A stretch of DNA of 64,000 nucleotides from Camelus dromedarius (Eukaryota): NCBI RefSeq assembly GCF_036321535.1, contig NC_087437.1, forward strand, positions 20,648,001-20,712,000, read 5' to 3'. The notes below the pieces were generated by a model that was not told the origin of the DNA, ran no database searches, and saw nothing but the letters and a program-made list of their open reading frames with translations. Both the position numbers and the translations under genes were made by a program. Positions within the stretch are counted from its first letter, which is position 1. Each line of letters begins with the position of its first letter. This document shows positions 52,456 to 62,360 of the stretch, in pieces.

Positions 52456-52461
52456 AATAAA
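52456..52461 (+). terminator. SPSB4: Distal polyadenylation signal AATAAA of SPSB4
   Basis: tttctAATAAAgtctgtcgttcagtccttga is followed by a U/GU-rich element (ctgtttatg) and a G-rich tract at 52502-52526. Confidence 0.75.
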
Positions 52462-52879
52462 GTCTGTCGTTCAGTCCTTGACTGTTTATGCACCGCTCTT
52501 TGGGTGGGGGTGGGGGGCTGGGAGGGTGTCTTCCATCAGCCTGGCCACTCTGTCCTCAGAAGTCATGATTGTGCATCTCTTTCCAGGCCCTTCCCATCTG
52601 TTCTGTCTTGTGGTCCCACCTGAGCCCAGGCTCTAATTATCTTACAAAGTCCTGACCCTGGAGAGAGAATGGGCGTGGGGCCTAAAGCCACACAAAGCTA
52701 GCCACAATAATAGAAAAACAGGCCAAATTCCTGGTGCCAGAGTCATGATGTCCATGGGGTGGCTCTATAAGGGGGCAGAGGGTCTATAGGGTAAACCCTA
52801 AGGAACAACAGTTTCAAAGTGACCCAAAGGTGGGGCTGGATGTGGCTTTGGAGGTGCACGTCATCACCAAGGGGCCAAA

Positions 52880-53258
52880 AATTAAAATCCCTGATGTGTA
52901 GTGTTTGCTACTTTCCATGGTGTAAATACTCCCACCACGGCCAGTTTCAAGCTCCACTGTGATGCCACCAAATACAGAGCTGGGAAGAGATGATCAGTGA
53001 CCAACCATTAGATAGCATTTCCACCACATAGAAACAATAAATGTAAATTACCCATGAGGCAAAGTCGATAGAAATATAATTAAAAAGTGCTGAGTTTGAG
53101 GTATTTACTACCTTTGTTTGTAATATGACTTACTTAATTGCAAGTTGATATGGCTTAATTTTTAATGATGGTTGTAATCAATAACCAGCTTTCAAAATTT
53201 CTGAGATTTTAACCATCAACTGTAGCAAGCCAGTTGAGCCAGCTCCAGGATGATGCCC
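52880..53258 (-). mobile_element. MER63-like hAT-Blackjack element
   Basis: ttccatggtgtaaatactcccaccacggccagtttcaagct...tttttaatgatggttg...gcaagccagttgagccagctccag. Confidence 0.75.
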
Positions 53259-53599
53259 CCAGGCTGCTGGGAATGGAATTACCCAAGTGCGGGTCTGATC
53301 TTCTTTGGGCACTCCTCCAGGTATGAGTACTTTTCGACTGGCCTAAGATTAAAGTGATCTCTTTCCAGAAGTGGCCCTTGCAGAGTGGTGAGGAGAAGCT
53401 GGTTTGGAGGAGATGGGAGGGAGGAAAGCATACCTGGATGCAGCCCTCACAGCAGTGACCCAGAGTCTGACGCAGGCACAATCAGGAGTTCACGCGTCTG
53501 GCTACTCCTGAACACCCACCGTGCACAGAACGTTTCCAGACACTACTCAAAATAGAAATGCAAGATCTTAAAGAAAATGCAAAGTAAATCCAGGGGTAT

Positions 53600-55495
53600 A
53601 GAAAAAGGTTTATCATGACCAAAGTTCCTTTGTTTCATGAATATGAAGTTGATTTAAAAATCGCAAAGTGATGCAGTTCATCATATTGACCAAGTAAAAG
53701 AGAAAAAAGCATCATCATCTCAGATGTAGAAAAAGCATTTGCAAAAACTCAACACTTGTTTATAATTTTAAAAAGAATTTCAGAAAACTAGGAAGAAGGA
53801 AACATTCTTAATCTAGCAAAGGAAATCTGCAAAACACCTACAGTTAATATCATGTTTAATGATAAGTTATTGAATGCTTTCCTCTTAGCTGAAGCGCAAG
53901 AAACAGTGCCCACTCTCACCACTTCTATGCAACATTATATTGGAAATCTAGACACTTCAAAAATACAAGAACAAGAAATGACAAGTTATTAAAAATTGGA
54001 AAAGAAATAAAACTAACATTATTTACAGATGACATTGTATACATAGAAACGAATCTATAGAAAACTATGAGAATAAGAGAATTTAGAAAGGTCACTGGAT
54101 GCAAGGTATATTTGTCAACTTGTGTGTCTACATATTAGCAACAATTAGAAAATGAAATTTTAAGAAATGCCCTTTATAGTAACAAAAAATAGGAAAATCT
54201 AATGAAAGTAAGTCCAGGCCCTCTACACTGAAAACTACAAAATATTGTCAAGAAACATTGAAGAAAATCTAAATAAATGGAGAGATATATCATGTCCATT
54301 GAAAAATTCAATATTGTTAAGATGTCACTTCTCCCCAAAATGACCTATAAAGTCAATACAATAACAATTAAAATTTCCTGAGTTGTGTCATGGAAATTAA
54401 CAAGTTGATTCCAAATTCATTGGGAATTGCAAAGGATCTAAAATAGCTGTAAATAGTCTAAAAAAAAGAAAAAGAAAAAGAAAGTAGGAGGACTTATGTG
54501 ACCAGATGCTGAGACTTACTATAAGGATCTAATAATTAAGACAGTTTGGTTTGTTATAAGGATAACAGATAAACCAATGAATAGAAAATAGTCTAGAAAC
54601 AGACCATGCTTACATGGTAATTGAATTGTGTTACTGAAATTCAATGGGGGAAAAGAGGGTCTTTTCAATAATTGGTGTGGGGTCAGTTGGATACCCACGT
54701 GGAAAAAACATGATTCGTCACCCTTTACTTCACATCCCAGACAAAACTTAAGTTGAGAGTGACTATAGACTTAAACACAAAATGTGAAACAACAACAAAA
54801 GAGCTTCTAGAAGAAAAATAGGAAAAAAAATCTTCACGCCTTGGGGTAAGCAAGGCTTCTTAAACAGTATACAATGGAAGTAGCCATTAAAGGAAAAGCT
54901 AAATATATTGAAGTTCATTAAAATTAATACCCCTTCTTCATCAAAGACTCACATTAAGAAAGTGAAAAGACCAGGGCACAATCTGGAAGAAGATGATTGT
55001 CATACACATAACTGACCAGGGATAGGTTTATTCTTCCTAGCAGGCCCAAGCTGGAAACAACCCAAAAGTCCTTCAACTGGAGAAGAGAAAAATACTTTGT
55101 GGGGGTATTCATGCAATGGAATACTACACAGTAATTTTTTAAAAAGAGGAATGGATGACTGCTACACAGAGCCCGGATGAACCTCATGACAATGTTGATG
55201 CAAGCAGCTAGACATAAAAGAATACCTAATTCCATTTAGGTGGGTTCAGGAACAGACAAAAGCGAGCTCTGACTGTAGAAGTCAGAAGACTGTTACTTTG
55301 GAGGGCGCGGAGGGTGTGTTACTGATCTTGGGAGCACACGTGAGGGAGCTTGCTCAGGTCCTAGAAAAGTTCTACATTTTTATCTAGGGGGTAGTTCCAT
55401 GAATACATACGTATGTAAAACTTCATCTACGTATATAGTTAGGATTCATGTACTTTTTTTTCTGTGTAGCATACCTAAATTTAAAAAAAAAATAA
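53600..55495 (+). mobile_element. Ancient L1 (L1ME/L1MC-like): ORF2 RT-to-3' UTR remnant
   Basis: Degenerate ORF2 motifs YHDQ (53611), DVEKAF (53723) and LFTDD (54019-54033). A-rich + strand, ending in an L1M-type 3' UTR and A tail near 55483-55494. Confidence 0.85.
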
Positions 55496-56494
55496 GGGAA
55501 GAAGCAGGATCCCTAATATTTTTGTTTTCACAGTTATTTCCTTCCCACTAGAAATACTTTGGATTCAATGCAGTATTTCCCTTGGCAGCAACTAGCATGG
55601 TTACTACATCTGAGAGGAGAGGTGTTTCCACTGAGGGGGAAAAGAAATGAGAAAGAAAAAGGAAAACAAGGCGGGTGCTGAGAGATGTGAAGGTTTTGAA
55701 GAACAAAGAATCCCACTGTCTCGTGAAAACAGCTCCAGAGAGCCGATGTCTTAGAAGCACTCACTGGAGCACATCTGCTTGGTGATTTCCCTGTCAAGTG
55801 GCTACTATAAAGCTAGTGTGGATGCCCTTAGGAGCCTGATTGCTCACAGGGGATGGGTTCTAGAATTTCACGTTTCCATCTAAAAATGCACATTCCTTTC
55901 CCAGATAATGGTCGTGTTACACAACAGCTCCTGGGATTTTCACATAGAGCCTAAGAGGATATCACCACCCACTAGCTACAGAAAAAGCAACTTTTTTTTT
56001 TCCTGGTAAACAGAGAAGATAAGCCTTCTCGTCGTCTTTTTCTTAAGAAAAATCTCTTGGCAGGTTTATCAATGTGTGGGCAGTTCCACATTCCTTCCCA
56101 ACCCCTCCAAGATTTTCAGATGAAGTTGCCAGGACTGGCTCTGAATTCCTAGAAATGTGAAACAGAGACTGAAAATAATCCTCTTCTTGCAGAAATACAA
56201 ACAAATATTCCCCAATGAAATAGCATGACGTCAGGCCTAGAGGCACAGGGAGTGGTTGTGTATATAAATGAGTCAATAATCATGGAGACTGACTTGCCAT
56301 TTCTCAACAAGCTTCAAAAAGGAAAATAAAATTCCCTCATTTGGTCTCCAGGTCAGTATTAATTTCCTATGATCAATGTCTTTTTCACAGGCTGGAGTCT
56401 ATGCTTGGAGAGGAATAGTTTGTTATTTCATTTTTTGATCACTAATGAACATATTTGCTTTTTTTTATGTGCTCTTTTAAAAAAAACTCTGGGT

Positions 56495-59240
56495 TCTTTC
56501 ATTCAGCATAATTATTTTAAGAAGCACCCATATTTTTATGTGCTGCCACAGTTCATTCCTTTTTACTGCTGAATAGTATTCCAGTGGGTGTTCACACCAA
56601 AATTTGCTTATCTGTTCACCATTGATGGACATTTGCATTGCTTCTAGACTGGGGTTATTACAAATAAAGTTGCTATGAATATTCATGTATGGGCATATGT
56701 TTTCTTTTCTCTTAGGAAAACATCTAGGAGTAGAATGCTGGATCACATGGTAGGTGTATATTTAACTTTTTAAAACACTGCCGCACTGTTTCCAAAGTTG
56801 TGTCATTTTACATTCCCAGTGTGTGAGAGTTCTAGTTCCCTCATATCCTACCAACATTTGATATGATCAGCCTTTTTATAAGTTAAGGTGTGACGTGGTG
56901 TTTCATCGGGGGTTTTCATTTCCCGGTCCTTAATGACTAATGGCGTCAAGCATCTCTTCATATGCTTATTTACCATCCATGTATCTTCTCTGCTGAAATA
57001 CCTGTTAAACCTTTTGCCCGTTTTTAATTGGCTTTTTGTTTTTTATTCTTAAAATTTGAGAGGTTTTTTTTTTCCGTATTCTGGGTGTGAGACCCTTTAT
57101 CAGATGTACGCTGTATTTTCTCCCAGTGTGTAGCTTATCTTTCCATTCTCATAGCAGAGTCTTTTAAGAGCAGACATTTTTAACTTCAATGAAGCCCAAA
57201 TCATTAACTTGTTGTTTTGTAAGCTGTGCTTTACCCAGGGTCTCAAAGATGTTCTCGTATGTTTTCTTCTAGAAATTTTATAGTTTTAGGCTTTATAGTT
57301 AGGTTTTTGAGCCACTGCGAGTTAATTTTTGTGTATTCTGTAAGACACTGGTCAAAGTCATGCTACTGAGTAGGGATATCCAGATGTTCCAGCACCTTTT
57401 GTTGAAAAGACTAGCCTTTCTCCACCTAATTGCCTTTGCGTGTTTGTAAAAACTTAGTTGTCTGTCTGTGTGTGGTCTTTGTCTGGACTCTTTATTCTGT
57501 TCTGTTCATCTGTGTATCTATTTGATGCCAGTACTACAGTCTTGACTACTGTAGTCTTATAATTAGTCTTGAAATCTATTAGTATTAGTTCTCCAACTTT
57601 GTTCTTTATGAAATTTATTTTGGCTATCCTGGGTCTTTTATATTTCCATATAAATTTTAGGATCAACTTGTCAATTTCTCCCCAAAAGATAATTTGCTTG
57701 ACTGTCAGTGGGGATTACATTGAATCTACAGATCAATTTGGCAAGAACTGACATCTTAACAGTATTGAGTCTTCCAACATGTGAAAAGCTTTATCTCTCC
57801 ATTTATTTAGGTCTTCTTTAATTTCTCTCAAAAGTAATCAGTTTTGGTGGAAATGTTTTGAACATCTTTTATGAGATTCACCAAATATTTAACATTTGTT
57901 GATGCTGTTGTACATTTAAAAAATATTTTCTACTTTGGATCATTGATTGCTAGCATATAGAAGTACGATTGATTTATGTATGTAAATATATCTTGCATCC
58001 TGCAACATTGCTACACTTACTTCTAAGCTCCAGTATGTTTTTCATAGATTTCAACAGATTTTCTGCATAATGGATCATGCTGCCTGCAAATAAGGAGAGC
58101 TCTACTTCTTTATGACCAATCTGGATGCCTTTTTTTGTCTTTTCCTTGCCTTATTTCATTGGCTAGACCTGCCAGGATGATGTTGAATAGAAGTGGTAAG
58201 AGCAGACATTCCTGATTTGTTCCTGATCTTAAGTATTCAATCCTTCTCCTTTCACTAAGATGTCAGCTATAAGTTCTTCATCGATATTCGTTAACAACTC
58301 TAAGGAGGTTCCTTTAGAAGAACTGCCATTTTCTGTGAGTTTTTATCTGGAGTGGATGCTGGATTTTGTCAAGGGGTTTTCTCCATATTTGAGATGATTG
58401 TATGGTCTTTCTCTTTTAGTTCATTAATATGGTAACTAGCATTGATCAGCTGACACGTGTTAAACCAACCTTGCTCCTGGAATAAACTCACCAGCGACGT
58501 ATGATTCCTTTTTACACATTATTGGACTTGGTTTGCTAACATTTTGTCTTGAATTTTTGCATCAATTTAGTGATGGATTTAGACTCTAGCTTTCTCTTCT
58601 TGTAATGTCTTTTGTCTGGTTTTGGTGTCAGGGAAGTACTGACCTCATAGACCGAGTTGGAAAGGTTTCCCTCCTTTTCAATTTTCTAGAAAAGTTTGTG
58701 TAGAATTGATATTATTCCTTCCCTAAGTGCTTCAGTGAAGTCATCTGTGCTTGAATTTTTCTTCCTGGATAAAAAAGCAAGACCCAACTTTATGCTGCCT
58801 AAAAGAAATACTTTTTCTTTTAAAGAGAGTTCATGTCTCATCTGTTCTGTTCCCTTTTTCTTCTTTTTCTGCCGTCTTTGGGGTGAACTGAGTATTGTTT
58901 ATGCTTCATTTTCTCTCCTTTGTTGGCTCAGAAGCCAAAGCTCTTTGCTTTGTTGTGTGCGTGGTTGCTTTCAGGTTTTTACACCCCTAACTTCCCACGC
59001 TGTGCCTCCCAGTGCTGTTTTACCTCCACTCACATCGTATAAGAACCTTGCGGTCTCGGCTTTCTTTTCACTCGTCCCAGCTTTTGTGCTTTTGTTGTCA
59101 TAGATTTTACTTGCACATATGTTACAACCCCCACAAGCCATCGTGGTTTGTTGTTGTTGCTGTTTAAACAGTCAGTTATCTTTTCAGTGAGATTTAAATA
59201 AGAAGAAAAAATCTTACAAACTTACCCTTTCAGTTACCAT
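56495..59240 (-). mobile_element. Ancient L1 (L1M-type) remnant, antisense, internally rearranged
   Basis: T-rich + strand. ORF 57454..57666(-) ILKFIWKYKRPRIAK...DFKTNYKTTVVKTV is homologous to L1 ORF2. Degenerate SLFAGSMI (FADD region) near 58075-58097 on the minus strand. Confidence 0.85.
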
Positions 59241-59921
59241 GCCCAGTTTTCTTCATAAAGGTACATATCTGCGTATCTGAATTAGGACTGAAGATTTTCA
59301 CACTGACCCTCTGGTAGCAAATACCATTGCTGTCTTCCTTCCTTTCCTTTGTTTGTTCCTTTGGACATCTTGAGGCTTCTTCCATCTGTGGTGGGTCATA
59401 TCCCTCTCTGAATGTTGTAAGATCACCATCATTCAAGTACGCTTTGGAATGTTCCAGAAAGACAGCCCATTCTCCCCTCTGTGTGAAGCGGAATGTGCCA
59501 TGAGCTGGCTGGTAAAATGAATAAATGGACTTTAACAGTTTGATGCCAATGAATTGAAACCTGAACGGAAGTTCAAAGGGCTCATGGCTGCCGGGGAGAC
59601 CTCTCTTTCCTGAAGACAGACCATTCCATGATTTCTGCAGGTCGGAGGAAAGTCAGAAGCCTGCAGAAATTTGCAGAGATATTTGGAACCTAGTTCCTGA
59701 CAAGATGGAAAGATGAACACGGGATACTCTTCCCTCAGTTTTTAGCTCGTAGTAGACAATCAATAAATAGCCACACACCTTCTTTCATAGACAGAGGCTT
59801 TCAATGCAAGGGCTCATCCTTCAGGCTTGCCTTCTGTCTGATTTCAAACCTGGGTTACTCCAGCCGCTGAAATAGGCTTGCCTTTGCTCCACAACGCTCA
59901 GGAACAATAAACCCCACATTA

Positions 59922-60259
59922 CAGTCCACAAAGCCACAGATTCAACCAACCAGGGATAGAAAACATTCAGAAAAATATTCCAGAAAGTTCCAAAAAGCAA
60001 CACTTGAATATGCTTCGTGCTAGCAATTATTTACATAGTATTTACATTGTACTTACAACTATTTACATAGCATTTACATTGTATTAGGTAGTATAAGTAA
60101 TCTAGAGATGATTTAAAGTGTATGGGAAGATGTGCAGTAGACTATATGCAAATACTACACCATTTTATATAAGGGACTTGAGCACCCCTAGATTTTGTTA
60201 TCTCTAGAGGGCCCTGGAACCAGTCCCCTCCACTCACGTCAGATACCAAGGGACAACTG
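59922..60259 (-). mobile_element. MER2-like TcMar-Tigger MITE with TA flanks
   Basis: TA|CAGTCC...GGGACAACTG|TA. The body aagtaatctagagatgatttaaagt..gcaaatactacaccattttatataagggacttgagca matches MER2 in reverse. Internal 32-bp-period duplication at 60024-60083. Confidence 0.8.
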
Positions 60260-60488
60260 TACTTTCTTTTTTCTTAATTCAAGTTCAACCTGGCTCTCAG
60301 CCCCCACTTACCAGGACAGGGAGATGCCCAACAGAATTCATTACTGGGGATACCCTCTCTTCCCCAGGGTCACCCAAGAAGCCAGTGGGATTTGCACAGG
60401 CCTGAAAACTTGAGGAAGCATCTCAGTCTTCAGGTCATCATGGCCACCACTGAGACAGTCCCATCGCCCATGTTGTCCATTTAAAATG

Positions 60489-61008
60489 TGTCAACTGAAA
60501 AAAGCATGCGCAACCTAAAAGCTGAGAATTACACTTTCTTTGGCGGACTTCCTTACAACTTCAAGCCTCTCCAAACAGCTCCGAGGAACTGCTCCGAAGA
60601 GGTACGGGAGGAGCCAGGATATATAGGAATTTTTGCAACAAAGACCAGGTAGTCGTAACACCAAAAGATTACTGTTAATTAAAGAAAACCAGATATCTCA
60701 AGTTAAGGAATTTAGCATTTTTCTGTGTATGGGAAGAGATGCAAGAGTCTGGGCTCGCTGAAATCATTCCTTCACTCTGCACCTTTGCCATCTATCTAGG
60801 GCCAGTGTCCTGTTCTTTCCCATCCTGAGTCCCCTCAGGTTGCACCACTGAGGGTGGCTGCAGTGGCTCAGGGCTTGACAGTGGGCATCCTGTTTGTTTC
60901 CATCCTGAGTTCCCTCAGGGCTCATGGTCGGGGTGGCCTGGCTGAGGTGGCTTGATGGCTGTAACATCCTTTGTTTACTGATATGACAGGCAACATTTTT
61001 CATTCACA
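60489..61008 (-). mobile_element. Solo ERV1 LTR, MER41-like (cetartiodactyl type)
   Basis: 520 bp bounded by TG...CA with a 4-bp TSD AATG (60485-60488 / 61009-61012). TATA-like cctatatatcc on the minus strand near 60618-60628. Internal ~80-bp tandem duplication (ccatcctgagt(c/t)ccctcagg twice). Confidence 0.8.
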
Positions 61009-61354
61009 AATGAGTGGTGTCACCGCCTCCTGCCTAGCATGGGCACAGCATTTGTTCACTGCTGCACCGCAGTGTCACACCCCTTAGGGTCCAGTCCCTG
61101 ACATCTGTATGCCTTCCCTCAGAGGCCCCGGCATGGAAGTGAGGTGTCATGCTCACCTGACAGGCACTTGTCACCACCTGCCTCCCCTCCATCCCCTGAA
61201 GTCACCCACACCCCCCAAGCTCCAGCCTCTGCCGGTCCCCCTCCAGGAGAGCAAGGCTTAACCCCATCCGCGTGGAGCTGCTTCTGGATGTCAGGCAAGG
61301 CTGTCACTGTAGGTGTTCCGCTTCCAACTTGAGAGCTCACGGGGCCCAGGGTGC

Positions 61355-61627
61355 AGGCCAGAAGTGCCCAGAAGCTAACTCCCTAGAGGCAACTTCAACC
61401 AATGATGAATAGCACTTGGTGATAAATACGCCAGCTCCTGGCCCCTGGGGTGGGACAAGGCAGAGGTGTGTTTCCCACAGTCGCTCAGGCATCCATGTAG
61501 AGTGGCAAGCTGGTTTCCCTCCTGTTCCCACCTCTCCACTCCCCTGCTTGTGACTCCTGGGTTCACCTCCCAGATTGTCCCAAATCCTTGTCTTGGGGTC
61601 TGCTTTCAGGGATCCTGACCTAAGGCT
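61355..61627 (+). mobile_element. ERVL LTR16-like remnant
   Basis: ggcaacttcaaccaatga...gataaatacgccagctcc...cacctccca..cccaaatccttgtcttggggtctgctttcaggg. A related remnant lies at ~17470-17700. Confidence 0.65.
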
Positions 61628-62261
61628 CCTGGTAGCTTCCATTCTGGGCTCTGAAACCCAAAGCATTGACATCTCCGGAGTCAAACGAGTCCAGACACCG
61701 TCTGCCCTGGTCTGTTCAGAGAGGCAAGAGGAGAGAGAAAAATTACCTTTCCCTCCTTCTGAGAGTCTCCTCCTGCAAAAAGAATCTGAGAAATGAACAA
61801 CCAATACATCTTCCTGCCATAGAACATTTCCCTATTGAACATCCAGTGAACGTCCAGCCTGATCCATGGTCAGCGGGGGGATAAAGAAGAAAAACAAGAA
61901 GGTGCAGGTGACCCAGACCTCAGGAAAAGAACGTTACCATTTGGTGGGTGGGAACAAGGAGGGAGTACCTTGTCTGGTCTGTGTCGTACAGTTACTGCCT
62001 CCAGGATTTCTTGGAGAAACTGAGGCTCAGAGGAATACAGTACCTTGCTCCAGCAGAAGGGGGCCCTGTCCAACCTTGGTGTGACCAGACATTGGCCAGC
62101 CCTGACCCAGGGCTCTGGGCAGCTCGGAGGGGACGGTGGCAGTAGCAGACTCCACATTGGACAGAACCAAGGCAGGGCTTCTTGGCCTTAGCTGAACTTT
62201 TTTTTTTCTTACTTTATTAGAAATTTTAACTAGAATTTAAACATAGCAAACTCAAACTCAA

Positions 62262-62360
62262 TTTTTTAAAAAAATACTCTTTTGTTAGAGCAGTTTTAGA
62301 TTCATAGCAAAATTGAGAGGATGGTACAGAGCTAACACACATGCCCCTGCTCCCACACAT
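62262..62360 (-). mobile_element. L1MC-like 3' terminal fragment
   Basis: ttagagcagttttagattcatagcaaaattgagagg...tacagag matches the L1MC 3' end in reverse. Confidence 0.65.

Larger units (their letters stand above)
51234..52482 (+). other. SPSB4: SPSB4 3' UTR (3' end approximate)
   Basis: Stretch free of recognisable transposons from the stop codon to AATAAA at 52456-52461, with U-rich and AU-rich blocks near 51895-51935 and 52179-52187. Confidence 0.75.

Noticed and set aside
57454..57666. ORF with clear protein similarity
   Set aside because: It is a fragment of decayed L1 ORF2 surrounded by stops and frameshifts, not a host gene.
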